From a bacterium (GTDB lineage: Bacteria; Oederibacteriota; Muellerivitia; Muellerivitales; Muellerivitaceae), in NCBI GenBank assembly GCA_035524855.1, contig DATKOC010000184.1, forward strand, positions 1 to 47,280: 47,280 nt of DNA, given 5' to 3'. The position numbers and the translations under genes were made by a program. Below, piece by piece: positions 16,348-26,700 of the stretch; the stretch's first letter is position 1, and the number at the start of each line of letters is the position of its first letter. The notes under the pieces are model-generated. The model was not told the origin of the DNA. It searched no databases and saw only the letters and a list, made by a program, of their open reading frames with translations.

Positions 16348-17265
16348 TTATTTCACGAAGATGGTATCAACGCGCGAAAGAAGCCATTTGGCCCTTTTTT
16401 GCATGATCAAGTTCTCCAGCCGCAGGCCCGGCTTCTTGTCCGGGTCGATGGCCAGGGCCTTATGCAGCATCTCCTCGAATTCCTCCCGGTTGTTTTCCTT
16501 CTCGTCCACTTGTTCGGCGTAATTCAGGTAAACCGAGGCGTCCATGCCCTTGCTCAGTTCCAAAGCGCGCTTGAAATGCCCCTTGGCCTTTTCCACCGAC
16601 CCGCCCATCAAGGTCGAGCGGTTCTCGTAAGTGATCAAGAAGCCCTCGAGGGACCCCTCGTCGTAATCGGGATTCAAGGCGTAGGCCCGGTAGAGCAACG
16701 CCTCGGCCTGGGGAACGTCAGCCACCAAATCGGCGTCGTCCTTGCCCAGGGAAATCGCGGCCAGCCAGGAAACCCCCGTCCAGTAGAGAAGGTCCACATC
16801 GTCCTTGTTGGCCTTGGCGGCGGTGGCCTTTGGGTCTTGGGCCAAGTCCCGGCTGAAATGGTCATGCCGGACGTCGAGGCCCCGCAAGCCGTAATCCCGG
16901 GCCCGGATGTAAAGTTTTTTGGCCCGGATTTTCAGTTCCTTGGACCTGGCATAATTGTCGTCCGCCGTGTAGTCCCCCTCGCAGTGGATGTAAGCATAGG
17001 CATACTCGGTGAAGTTCTTCGCCAGGGCGGTTAGGAGCCCCACATGGCGGGGGGTGGCCGAGAGGATGCTTTCCATGAACTTCAAGCTGAAGGGCACCGC
17101 TTCCCGGATGAGTTCCGGGTCGTTATCGGAGGAAAAAGTGTCCCCCTGGCCGGCCAGGCCATCGGCCACGGAATTGATGGCCATGGATTTGATGAAACAG
17201 CCGCTTAAGAAGGGGAGAAGGGCCAGGAGGAACGATAAGCACGTTAATTTAAAAGGAAGTTTCAT
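16348..17265 (-). CDS. TatT-like TPR lipoprotein (TRAP-T-associated component)
   Basis: 305 aa from the ATG at 17265, with lipobox LSGC. INSVADGLAGQGDTFSSDNDPELIREAVPFSLKFMESIL...FTEYAYAYI resembles the TatT family as I recall it. It lies directly upstream of the TRAP genes. Confidence 0.75.
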   Translation of the reverse strand: MKLPFKLTCLSFLLALLPFLSGCFIKSMAINSVADGLAGQGDTFSSDNDPELIREAVPFSLKFMESILSATPRHVGLLTALAKNFTEYAYAYIHCEGDYTADDNYARSKELKIRAKKLYIRARDYGLRGLDVRHDHFSRDLAQDPKATAAKANKDDVDLLYWTGVSWLAAISLGKDDADLVADVPQAEALLYRAYALNPDYDEGSLEGFLITYENRSTLMGGSVEKAKGHFKRALELSKGMDASVYLNYAEQVDEKENNREEFEEMLHKALAIDPDKKPGLRLENLIMQKRAKWLLSRVDTIFVK

Positions 17266-17475
17266 TTTGTGTGTCCGCAGGGGAATCACCTTAACCCGTT
17301 TGGGGCTGACCGTTTTACCTTTGGTTCCCGGGGCTGTCAAGCGACGGAATAGGCCCCGAAGCAGGAAAATTATAATGTTTTTGACGGGGGATATGGGAAT
17401 TATGCGATTTCTCCAAAGGCCCCTGAAGGAAGAGCCGCTCCTTCCAAGCTTTCGAGCCTCCATCCCTCGGTGGAT

Positions 17476-17865
17476 TTACGGTTCCGTGGTTTTGGGGGAT
17501 CTATGGGCGGGATGCTTGGCTTGGTAAATTTTTTTGGCGGTGTCGTTGACCATTCCGCGCAGGGTGGCCAATTGGTCATCCGTCAAAACCTTGGCCCCGT
17601 TCGCGTCCATCATTTCCTTCTTCTTGCCGCGAAGGGATTGGACATCGGCGGTCAAATCCTTCGCCCGATCCGGCGAGAGAACGCCCGCTTTCAATCCCTC
17701 CGCAATCCGTTTATCCAAGATATTGATTTTCTTATCCAAGCCGACGACATCCTTCTTCCAAGAAACCCGGGCTACCTCAGCCAGGCCGGAGTCGTTGTCG
17801 GCGAAAGTCACGGGGGGAGCCGCCAAAAAACCAAAAGCGAAGAGAAGCGAGAAAAAGCCGCTCAT
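17476..17865 (-). CDS. Small periplasmic helical protein, possibly Spy/CpxP-like (one LTxxQ motif)
   Basis: It has a signal peptide (MSGFFSLLFAFGFLAAPPVTFA), a charged helical body and an LTDDQLATL motif. Confidence 0.45.
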   Translation of the reverse strand: MSGFFSLLFAFGFLAAPPVTFADNDSGLAEVARVSWKKDVVGLDKKINILDKRIAEGLKAGVLSPDRAKDLTADVQSLRGKKKEMMDANGAKVLTDDQLATLRGMVNDTAKKIYQAKHPAHRSPKTTEP

Positions 17866-17881
17866 GGCCCATCCTTTCAAT

Positions 17882-17916
17882 AAAAAACGGGCGGCTCTCG
17901 AGAATCCGCCCGTTTT
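17882..17916 (-). terminator. Rho-independent terminator after the 65-aa gene
   Basis: The stem is AAACGGGCGG / CCGCCCGTTT with an 11-nt loop. On the minus strand the hairpin is followed by a U-run (plus-strand A6 at 17882..17887). Confidence 0.65.
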
Positions 17917-17951
17917 GAATTTTACCTGATTGGTTCTTAAAGCGATTGGAA

Positions 17952-18149
17952 TTACTTGCCAGCCGGGGTCGGCGCCGGAGCCGCCGTTGAGGGGGCGCCA
18001 GCCCTGGGAGCCTTCTTGTGGTGCTTGCCCTTGTGGGATTTTTTCACCGGGGCCTTTGAGCCCGCGGGAGCCGTCCCGTCGGCCAAAACCAAGCCGGAAG
18101 CCGCCGTCAGGAAAAACGCCGCCATCGCCAAAACGAATAACTTTCTCAT
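17952..18149 (-). CDS. Small secreted Lys/His/Pro-rich protein
   Basis: 65 aa from the ATG at 18149, which is preceded by GAGGAGGATGAC. It has a signal peptide (MRKLFVLAMAAFFLTAASGLVLA) and a basic tail (KKSHKGKHHKK). Confidence 0.45.
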   Translation of the reverse strand: MRKLFVLAMAAFFLTAASGLVLADGTAPAGSKAPVKKSHKGKHHKKAPRAGAPSTAAPAPTPAGK

Positions 18150-18328
18150 GTCATCCTCCTCAAAATGGTTGAACCACGCTACGCCGGTTAGACGTCTTTT
18201 CTGACTTAAAAGTTTCAATTCCCGAGCCTTCCGGTTTTCAAGGAGGTAGGCCCTTTCCCCCCGGGGAAAAGCGATTTTACACCAAGGGTCTTGATTATTA
18301 ACCGACCGGTTGGTAGGCTATTCGTCCC

Positions 18329-18940
18329 ATGGCCAAAGTCCTGAATGAGCAAAAGCACCAAACCCAAAGGATGTGCCTGCTTTCACACGCCCGGCGCCTT
18401 TTCGCCACCCACGGCGTGAAGGAAACCAGCATGTCCCAAGTGGCGAAGGCCTGCCGGGTGACCAAGGCCACGCTTTACCACTATTTCAAGGGCAAGGAAA
18501 CCATCCTCAAGGACATTTTGGCCTGCCGCACCACGGAAATCGACAACTTGTCGGAGGAATCAGATCCCCGCCTGGGCTTGGAAGAAAGTTTCTACCAATT
18601 CGGCAAAGCCCACCTGGAGCACCTCAAGAAACCCGAGAATTTGGAACTGATGAAAATCCTGTTGTCCGAAACCCTGAAAAACAGCGAGATGCGCAAGTAT
18701 TACATGTCCTTTGTCCAGGAAGTCGTCGCCAAGGGAGCCCAGCAGGTGCTGGCCCGCCATTGGAAAGGGAAGAAACCCGAAAAGGAGATGCGGCTCCTGT
18801 TTTTCCAATTCTTGGCGGCTTTGCTGCATTACGAGTGGAACACCCGGATGGTAGGGGACCTGACGGACCTAGTGGGGAACGACGAGGTTTTCCTCCGGCG
18901 GTTGTCGAGGACTTACGCCTTGGCCGTCCAGGCCGGTTGA
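18329..18940 (+). CDS. TetR/AcrR-family transcriptional regulator
   Basis: 203 aa. The N-terminal HTH is LFATHGVKETSMSQVAKACRVTKATLYHYFKGKE. Confidence 0.9.
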   Translation: MAKVLNEQKHQTQRMCLLSHARRLFATHGVKETSMSQVAKACRVTKATLYHYFKGKETILKDILACRTTEIDNLSEESDPRLGLEESFYQFGKAHLEHLKKPENLELMKILLSETLKNSEMRKYYMSFVQEVVAKGAQQVLARHWKGKKPEKEMRLLFFQFLAALLHYEWNTRMVGDLTDLVGNDEVFLRRLSRTYALAVQAG

Positions 18941-18987
18941 GAGAATTGCCGATATTTGTTGGATTCCAGTCGGGCAAGAGGTCAAGT

Positions 18988-20424
18988 ATGAAGAAAACTT
19001 TTTTGTTGCTCGCCGCCATGGTGTTTGGGGCTTCCACCGGTTGGGCCCAATCCAAACTTCCCTTGAGGGATTACCTGGAGCAGGTTCGGGGCAAAGGCTC
19101 CGCTTTCCAGGCCTCCCAGGCCGCCGTGGAAGGCTTCGAGAAGCAATCCCATGAACAGGACCTGCTTTATTCGCCCCAACTGAACGCCGGTTACAACCAC
19201 CTGCACGATCAACAGCCGCAGGCTGACAATCCCTTCTACTCCAACCTTACCTTGGCGGACTCTTTCGGGGTATCCCTCTCGAACAAGCTTCCTTTCGGCC
19301 CATCCGTTTCCTTGGGCTATTCCTTCAACAACGTGACGTTGAATTTTCCCTCCCAGGCCGCCTTGTTCCTGGGGTCGAACTACCTGCCCTCCTATTTCCA
19401 AGTGAGCCCCGTCGCTTCCCTGTCCGTGCCGCTCTTCAAGGACTTCGGGGGAAGCCAGACCTCCGCGGGGGTGAAAATGGTCCAATACCAATTGGAATCG
19501 GCCGCGAAAAATTCAGCCTTCCAACGGGAGCAATCCCTCTTCAACGCCAAGGTGGCTTATTGGAAGCTGGCCCTAGCCCGTGAAACGATGGATATCCGCA
19601 AGGACACGCTCGACCGCAGCCAAAAAATCTGGGAATGGACCAAGCGGCGGGTGGCCCGCAACTTGGCCGATCCCCCGGACGCCCTGCAGGCCGAGGCTTC
19701 GGTGCGAGTGGCGGAACTGGACCTGCAAACCGCGATGGAAAACGAAAGGTCCGCCCGGTTGGGCCTCAACCGGTTCCGGAATGTCGCGGATGACGCCGTG
19801 CCTGAGACCCTGGAAACCATCGAGGAATCCTTGGCGGGATTGAAGGTGGAAATCCCCCCCACCCCACCCGCCCGCTTGGACCTGCAGGCCGTCCAGAAAA
19901 ACGCCCAGCAACAAAAGGCCACCTACGACCAAGCCTACCAAAATATTTACCCGGACCTTACCGCGATGGCCTCCTGGCGCGGCAACGGCTTGGACCCCAA
20001 TTTAAGCCCGGCCAATGATATGGCCTTCCAGTTCAACCATCCGACCTGGACCCTGGGTGCCCAGCTCAACGTTTCCCTGGATGTTTTCACGGCCCAGCGC
20101 ACCGCCGACGGCTATGAACGCAATTACAAGAGCGCCCTCTTGGCCTTGAAAGACAAGGAGATCGGCGTGAGCCAGGAGTGGAAGGACCTCAAGGATCACC
20201 TGATGGACGTGGACAAACGACTGGCCATGGCCACCCAAATCGAGGATATCCAAAAGAACAAGGCCAACGAGGAGAGGAGACGCCTGGAACTGGGCCGTAC
20301 CACCCAGTTCCAACTGTTGTCCTTCGAGAACGACTACTCGCTGGCGCGCCTGAACCGCCTGTCGCTGGTTTTGGAGAAACTTTCCTATTTAGCCCAGGCG
20401 CAGTGGTGGCTTTCCGCCGAATAG
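18988..20424 (+). CDS. TolC-family outer-membrane efflux protein
   Basis: 478 aa from the ATG at 18988 (MKKTFLLLAAMVFGASTGWAQ). It shows a two-fold repeat of long coiled segments typical of OEP/TolC. The longer track ORF (from 18373) overlaps the TetR gene and is rejected. Confidence 0.88.
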   Translation: MKKTFLLLAAMVFGASTGWAQSKLPLRDYLEQVRGKGSAFQASQAAVEGFEKQSHEQDLLYSPQLNAGYNHLHDQQPQADNPFYSNLTLADSFGVSLSNKLPFGPSVSLGYSFNNVTLNFPSQAALFLGSNYLPSYFQVSPVASLSVPLFKDFGGSQTSAGVKMVQYQLESAAKNSAFQREQSLFNAKVAYWKLALARETMDIRKDTLDRSQKIWEWTKRRVARNLADPPDALQAEASVRVAELDLQTAMENERSARLGLNRFRNVADDAVPETLETIEESLAGLKVEIPPTPPARLDLQAVQKNAQQQKATYDQAYQNIYPDLTAMASWRGNGLDPNLSPANDMAFQFNHPTWTLGAQLNVSLDVFTAQRTADGYERNYKSALLALKDKEIGVSQEWKDLKDHLMDVDKRLAMATQIEDIQKNKANEERRRLELGRTTQFQLLSFENDYSLARLNRLSLVLEKLSYLAQAQWWLSAE

Positions 20425-20530
20425 TTGAAACCTATTCGGCGAGTGTTGAGTTAGAAGTTATGAGTTTTGAGTTGTCGTTGTTTTTGAATCGAAGATTCAA
20501 AAACTTTCCTTAACCCAGAACTTAAAACTC
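20415..20530. repeat. Low-GC nested palindromic intergenic element, copy A
   Basis: A 9-bp hairpin CGCCGAATA/TATTCGGCG spans the tolC-like stop codon. The flank AGTGTTGAGTT lies at 20442..20452. The outer arms are GAGTTTTGAGTT (20462..20473) and AACTTAAAACTC (20519..20530). The inner perfect palindrome TTTTTGAATC-gaa-GATTCAAAAA lies at 20481..20503. The flank ACTTTCCTTAACCCAGAACT lies at 20503..20522. Confidence 0.6.
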
Positions 20531-20596
20531 AAAATTTAGAATTGGTAATATCCGTCGGCTGTTCTTGTCCAATAAAAGCATCCCTAGGAAAGACTA

Positions 20597-23500
20597 GTGA
20601 ACCTGCCAAAACTCGCCATCGACCGCCCGGCCTTCATTACCTGCATGGCCTTCCTCATCATGATCCTGGGGATCATGGCTTACCGGTCGCTCGGCATCGA
20701 CCTGTTCCCGGACGTCAGCTTTCCGGTGGTTTCGGTCATCACCAGCTACAAGGGGGCGGCGCCGGAGGAGGTCGAAACCCAGATTTCCAAGCCCCTGGAG
20801 GAGCAATTCTCCACCATTGAGGGCGTCAAGCAGGTCAATTCCACCAACCAGGAAGGCTATTCCGTCGTCACCGTCCAGTTCACCCTGGAAACGGACAGCA
20901 AGGAAGCCGAACAGCGGATCCGGGACCGCCTGTCCCTGGCCCGTCCCCAATTGCCCAAGGACATCGACGAGCCCGTTATCCAAAGGCTGGACCCCTCCGA
21001 CCAGCCCATCATTATCCTGGCGCTCAAGTCCTCCCTCAGCTCGCCCCAGGCTTACGATCTAGCCGACCAATTCATCAAACCCCAACTGGCCCAGGTCAAG
21101 GGAGTGGGCGTGGTGGATATCTTCGGGAGCTCCAAACGGGAGATACGGGTGGAACTGGACCGCGGGAAACTCAACGCCTACCACCTGAGCGCCAGCACGG
21201 TGGCCCTGAACATCGGGCAGAACGGCCTCAACGTGCCGGTGGGCAAGTACGAGGTGAAGGGAAGCAACATTCTTTTCCGTTCGGTGGGGGAATACAACGA
21301 CCTGGACCGGTTGCGCCACACGGTGGTGAATTTCCTGGGCTCGGACGTGCCCATCACGGTGGATAAGGTCGGGAAGGTCGTGGACACGGTGGAGGACGCG
21401 AAAAACTACAGCTCCCTCAACGGGGAATCGTCCTTGTTCCTCCAAATCCACAAGCAGTCCAAGACCAACACCGTGGCCACGGTGGACGCGGTGTTGGAGG
21501 CCATGAAGGGCCTGAACAACCTGCTCAAGACCCGGCCGGGGAATCCCCAACTTTCCCTGGTCCGGGAGGACGCCTGGGGCATCCGCCTCAACCTGGACGA
21601 CGTCAAGCAAACCATCTTCATGGGCATTATGCTCACGGTGCTGGTGGTCCTGCTTTTCCTGGGCAGTTTCCGCTCGACCCTCATCACGATTACCGCCCTG
21701 CCCACCTCGCTCCTGGGCGCCTTCATCCTGATGAACTGGATGGGCTTCACCCTGAACTTTATGACCATCCTTGCCCTGTCGCTGGCGGTGGGCCTGCTGA
21801 TCGACGACGCCATCGTGGTCCGGGAAAATATCTGGCGGCATATCGAGGAGGGGGAGGAACCCCAGAAGGCCGCCATCAACGGCACGATGGAAGTGGCCCT
21901 GGCGGTCGTGGCCACCACGGGCGTCATCATCGCGGTCTTCCTGCCCATCGCCTTCCTCAAGGGCACGGTAGGCCAGTTCTTCAAGCAATTCGGCATGACG
22001 GTCTGTTTCGCGATGATCATCTCGCTCTTTGAGGCCCTCACCATGGGTCCCATGCTCTCCGCCTATTGGGCGGGGAAGCGGGGAAGCCATTTGGAGAAGC
22101 ACGGCCTGTTCAAATGGTTCGACGGCCTTCAAACCCAACTGGAACAACGCTATGAGAAGGTCATCGACTGGGCCATCCACCACCGTTTCCGAGTGGTGGC
22201 GGCGGCCGGGGCCATTTTCATCGGTAGCCTGTTCCTCGGCAAATTCATCCCCTTCACCTTCGTGCCCAACGGCGACAACCCGGAATTCCAGGTTTCCCTG
22301 AAGGGTGCCCCGGACATGGCGCTGGATACCACCCGGGACTGGACCCGGAAAGTGGCGGCCATCGTCAAGGCCCACCCGGAGATCGCGGTGACCTCCGAGG
22401 TCGTGGGGGACGCCCAAGGCAACGAGAACGTCTCCACCATCTATGTCCGGTTGATCAACTACCGGCAACGCAAGCTGACCGCCGCCGACCTGAAGGTGGA
22501 GATCCGCAAGGAACTGGAGCCTTACCGGCAGATCCTCAACCCGCAAGTAGGTGACCGGGACGCCTTAGGGAACCAAGCGCCCTTCAGCCTGGACCTGGTG
22601 GGCGCCGATTACACGGTGCTCCAGCCGGTGGTGGACCGGATCAAGGAAAAGTTCAAAAGCATTCCCGGCCTGGTGGACGTGCAGACCAACTACGACGGCG
22701 GCAAGGCTGAGTTCCAGGCGAAATTAGACCCCTCCCGGATGCGGAGCCTGGGGGTCCTGGGTACCGACGTGGGGAATGAGCTACGGGCCCAGATTTCCGG
22801 GGTGGTCCCGGCCAAGTTCCGCGAGAACGGGCTGGATTACGACATCCGCGTGCGCATGCAGGACGACCAGCGCAACCTGCAGGAGAACTTCCTGGACGTC
22901 CGGGTGCCCAACACGAACCAGCAGCTGGTGCGCCTCTCCGACATCGCCCAGCCGGTCACCACCCAAGGCCCCTCCAAGATCAACCGCTTGAACCGGGCCC
23001 GCTATATCGAGATCACCGGCCAATTGGGGCCCAACGGGGCCCTCGGCAACATCATCAACGGGGCCAAGAAGATCCTGGCGGCGGAGACCCTGCCGCCGGG
23101 CGTCACCTACAGCTTCGTGGGGCAAGGCAAGGACCTGCAGGACCTCTCCATCAGCATGCTGGTGGCCATGGGCCTGGCCCTGCTTTTCACCTACATGATC
23201 CTCACCAGCCTCTACGACTCGCCCATCATCCCCCTTTCCATCATGATCTCCATTCCCCTGGCCATCATCGGGGCCTTCGTGGCCCTGCTGGTGGCGAAAC
23301 AGAGCCTGAACGTCTTCACGATGATCTCCCTCATCATGCTCATGGGGTTGGTGACCAAGAACGCCATCCTGTTGGTAGACTACGTGGTGCGAATGGAGGG
23401 TCAGGGCATGGCCCGGGACGAGGCCATCAAGCGCGCGGGCGTCATCCGCCTGCGGCCCATCCTCATGACCACCATGGCCCTCATCATGGGCATGATGCCG

Positions 23501-23728
23501 GTGGCCTTGGCCCTCAACGAGGTGGCCAAGTTCCGCCAATCCATGGGCGTGGCCGTCATCGGGGGACTGGTCAGCTCCCTCATCCTCACCCTCATCGTGG
23601 TGCCGTCGGTTTACGGCTATTTCGACGACCTGCGGTTGTGGTTCCGGAGGATTTTCCATTTGGAAGAAGAGGCGGACGTTTCCGGACCTAAATCCAAGAC
23701 CCGCCCCTTAAAAGGAACTCCACCATGA
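20597..23728 (+). CDS. RND efflux permease (AcrB/MdtB-like), paralog 1
   Basis: 1043 aa with a GTG start. It has an AcrB-type N-terminus (NLPKLAIDRPAFI), LLIDDAIVVRENI in TM4, and a duplicated 6-TM plus large-loop architecture. Confidence 0.93.
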   Translation: MNLPKLAIDRPAFITCMAFLIMILGIMAYRSLGIDLFPDVSFPVVSVITSYKGAAPEEVETQISKPLEEQFSTIEGVKQVNSTNQEGYSVVTVQFTLETDSKEAEQRIRDRLSLARPQLPKDIDEPVIQRLDPSDQPIIILALKSSLSSPQAYDLADQFIKPQLAQVKGVGVVDIFGSSKREIRVELDRGKLNAYHLSASTVALNIGQNGLNVPVGKYEVKGSNILFRSVGEYNDLDRLRHTVVNFLGSDVPITVDKVGKVVDTVEDAKNYSSLNGESSLFLQIHKQSKTNTVATVDAVLEAMKGLNNLLKTRPGNPQLSLVREDAWGIRLNLDDVKQTIFMGIMLTVLVVLLFLGSFRSTLITITALPTSLLGAFILMNWMGFTLNFMTILALSLAVGLLIDDAIVVRENIWRHIEEGEEPQKAAINGTMEVALAVVATTGVIIAVFLPIAFLKGTVGQFFKQFGMTVCFAMIISLFEALTMGPMLSAYWAGKRGSHLEKHGLFKWFDGLQTQLEQRYEKVIDWAIHHRFRVVAAAGAIFIGSLFLGKFIPFTFVPNGDNPEFQVSLKGAPDMALDTTRDWTRKVAAIVKAHPEIAVTSEVVGDAQGNENVSTIYVRLINYRQRKLTAADLKVEIRKELEPYRQILNPQVGDRDALGNQAPFSLDLVGADYTVLQPVVDRIKEKFKSIPGLVDVQTNYDGGKAEFQAKLDPSRMRSLGVLGTDVGNELRAQISGVVPAKFRENGLDYDIRVRMQDDQRNLQENFLDVRVPNTNQQLVRLSDIAQPVTTQGPSKINRLNRARYIEITGQLGPNGALGNIINGAKKILAAETLPPGVTYSFVGQGKDLQDLSISMLVAMGLALLFTYMILTSLYDSPIIPLSIMISIPLAIIGAFVALLVAKQSLNVFTMISLIMLMGLVTKNAILLVDYVVRMEGQGMARDEAIKRAGVIRLRPILMTTMALIMGMMPVALALNEVAKFRQSMGVAVIGGLVSSLILTLIVVPSVYGYFDDLRLWFRRIFHLEEEADVSGPKSKTRPLKGTPP

Positions 23729-26700
23729 ACCTCCCCAAACTCGCCATCGAGCGGCCGGTTTTCATCAGTTGCGTGGTCATCCTCATCATGGTGCTGGGTC
23801 TGATGGCCTACAGCTCCCTGGGGGTTGAGAACTTCCCGGACGTGAGCTTTCCCTACATCTTCGTGACAACGCCTTACCAGGGCGCCTCACCGGAAGAAAT
23901 CGAGACCCAAATTTCAAAGCCCCTGGAGGACGAGTTGAGCACGCTCCAGGGCGTGAAAAAGGTTTCCTCGATCAACTCGGAGGGGTTCTCCTCCATCTTC
24001 ATCCAGTTCACCTTGGAAACGGACGCCAAGGACGCCGAGCAACGGGTGCGGGACCGGGTGTCTTTCGTGCGGCCCACCCTGCCCAAGGGCGTGGATGAGC
24101 CGGTCATCCAGCGCTATGACCCAACGGGGGCGGCGGTGGCGCTCCTGAGCCTAACCTCCTCCCTTTCCCCCGCGGACGCCTTCGACCTGGCCGACCAGGT
24201 CATCAAGCCCCAACTGGCCCAGGTGCCGGGTGTGGGGGTGGTGAACATCCAAGGCGGGCGCAAGAAAGAAATCCGCGTGGAACTGGACCGAAACCAACTC
24301 AACCGTTACCGCATCAGCGCCTCCCAGGTGGCCGACCGCATCGCCTTGAACGGCACCAATATCCCGGTGGGGAAGGTCTCCATCGAGGCCCGGGACCTGC
24401 TGTTTAGGTCCGTGGGGCAATACGACAACCTGGACCGGCTCCGCAAAACCTCGGTCAACTTCGTGGGATCCGATGTCTCGATTCCCGTGGAGAGGTTGGG
24501 CCAAGTGACCGAGTCCCTGGAGGAACCCATCGGTTACACCTACGTCAACGGGACCCCCACCCTGATCCTGGAGGTCTTCAAGCAATCCAAGGCCAATACG
24601 GTCTCCGTGGTGGACGCGGTCAACAAGCGCCTGGAAGCCCTCAACGCGGACCTTAAAACCCGTCCCGGCTCCCCGGCGCTGACCTCCATCCGCGACGCGG
24701 CTAAGCCGGTGCGGCTCAACCTGGACGACGTGAAGCGCACCATCCTGCAGGGTATCTTCCTGACGGTGCTGGTGGTGTTCCTCTTCCTGGGCAGTTTCCG
24801 GTCGACCTTGATCACCGTCACGTCCCTGCCGGTGTCCCTCTTGGGCGCCTTCATCCTGATGAACGCGGAAAATTTCACGCTGAATGTCATGACGCTCCTG
24901 GCCCTGTCCCTTTCGGTGGGGCTCTTGATCGACGACGCCATTGTGGTCCGGGAGAACATCTGGCGGCACATCGAGGAGGGGGAGGAGCCCAAAAAAGCCG
25001 CCGTCGACGGCACCCTGGAAGTGGCCTTGGCGGTGGTGGCGACCTCCTCGGTCATTATCGCGGTCTTCTTTCCCATCGCTTTCCTGCACGGAACGGTGGG
25101 CCAGTTCTTCAAGCAATTCGGCCTTTCGGTCTGTTTCGCCATGGGTATTTCGCTGTTTGAGGCCATGGTCATGGGTCCCATGCTCTCGGCCTATTGGGCG
25201 AGAAAAAAGGGAAGCGGTGGTTTTTTCGACAAAGTGGATGATTTCCTCGCCCCCATCCTCACGCGCTTCAACCGGCTCCAGAATTTCCTGGAGGACCGCT
25301 ACGCGGTCCTCATCGACTGGTGCCTCCGGCACCGGTTGTGGGTGGTGCTGGGGTCCATCGTTCTTTTCTTCCTGTCGGTAGGGGGGCTGGGTCCCCACAT
25401 CAAGTCCACCTTCCTGCCCTCGGCGGACATCGGGGAATTCATGACCTTTTACAAGGCCCCGCCCGGGACTTCCCTGGAGTCCATGCGGGACCAGGTTTTG
25501 AAAATGGACGAGATCATCCGCAAGCACCCGGAGGTGGCGCTGACCTCCATGACCATCGGAGGGATGGATTCCACCGGCACCGCCCGCCAAGACCCCAACA
25601 CGGGGCGCATCTATGTGCGCTTGAAGCCCTATACCCAACGCAAGAACACCACCAGCGACCTGAAGGACATGGTTCGCAAGGAATTGGAACCCTACAAAGC
25701 CCAACTGAAGCCACAAGTGGCCGATTTCAGCGAGTTCGGGGACTGGGCCCCCTTCAACCTGAACCTGATCGGGGAGGATTACGCGGTGCTCGCGCCCTTC
25801 GCCGAGCAGGTGGTGCAAAAGATCAAGGGCATCAAGGGCATCGCGGACGTGCAATCCACCTATGACGGAGGCAAGCCGGAGTTCCAGGCCGTCCTGGATC
25901 CCGAAAAAATGAAAGTCCTGGGGGTCTCGGGCGTGGAAGCCGGTATGGACTTGCGCACGCAGGTGGAAGGGGCCACGCCCGCCAAGTTCCGCCAAAAGGG
26001 GCTGGAATACGACATCCGGGTCCGCCTGAAGGAGGACCAGCGCAACATCGAGAAGGACTTTTATTCCATCCTGGTCCCCAACCAGAACCACAACATGGTG
26101 CGGCTCTCCGACATCGCCCAACCCGTCACCACCGAGGGACCGGCCAAGATCAACCGGCAAAACCGGGCGCGGTACGTCCAAATCTCGGGCCAATTGGGCC
26201 CGGGAGGCGCCTTGGGCAACATCCTCAATGACGCCAAGGCCATCATGGACTCCATCCAGAAACCCCAGGGCATCACCTACGAGTTCGTGGGGCAGGCCGA
26301 GGACTACGCGGACTTGGGCCGTAGCATGGTAAAGGCGGTATTCCTGGCGATCCTTTTCACCTTCATGATCTTGGCCAGCCTTTACGAGTCGCCCATCCTG
26401 CCTTTCACCATCATGATGGCCATCCCCCTTTCCATCGTGGGAGCCTTCTTCGCGCTCTTCGTGACGGGCCAAAGCCTGAACATCTTCAGCATGATCTCGC
26501 TGGTCATGCTGTTGGGACTAGTGACCAAGAATTCCATCCTGCTGGTGGACTATACCCTCCAGATGATCCGAAAGGGCATGAGCCGGGAGGAGGCCCTCAA
26601 GCACGCGGGCAGGGTTCGCCTAAGGCCGATCCTCATGACTACATTCGCCCTGATCGCGGGCATGCTGCCCCTCGCCCTGGCCTTGACCGAAGTGGGAAAA

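Noticed and set aside
18373-18987. N-terminal 205-aa extension of the TolC-like ORF in the track
   Set aside because: The extension overlaps the TetR gene in another frame and is Pro/Gly/Arg-rich. The ATG at 18988 yields a proper signal peptide (MKKTFLLLAAMVFGASTGWAQ).
24151-26472. 773-aa minus-strand ORF (and the similar ORFs at 21059..22546 and 22781..23659) inside the RND genes
   Set aside because: These are antisense shadows of the RND permeases. They are extremely rich in Gly/Asp/His/Arg/Gln with no hydrophobic core or motifs, whereas the plus-strand frames give textbook AcrB-like proteins.
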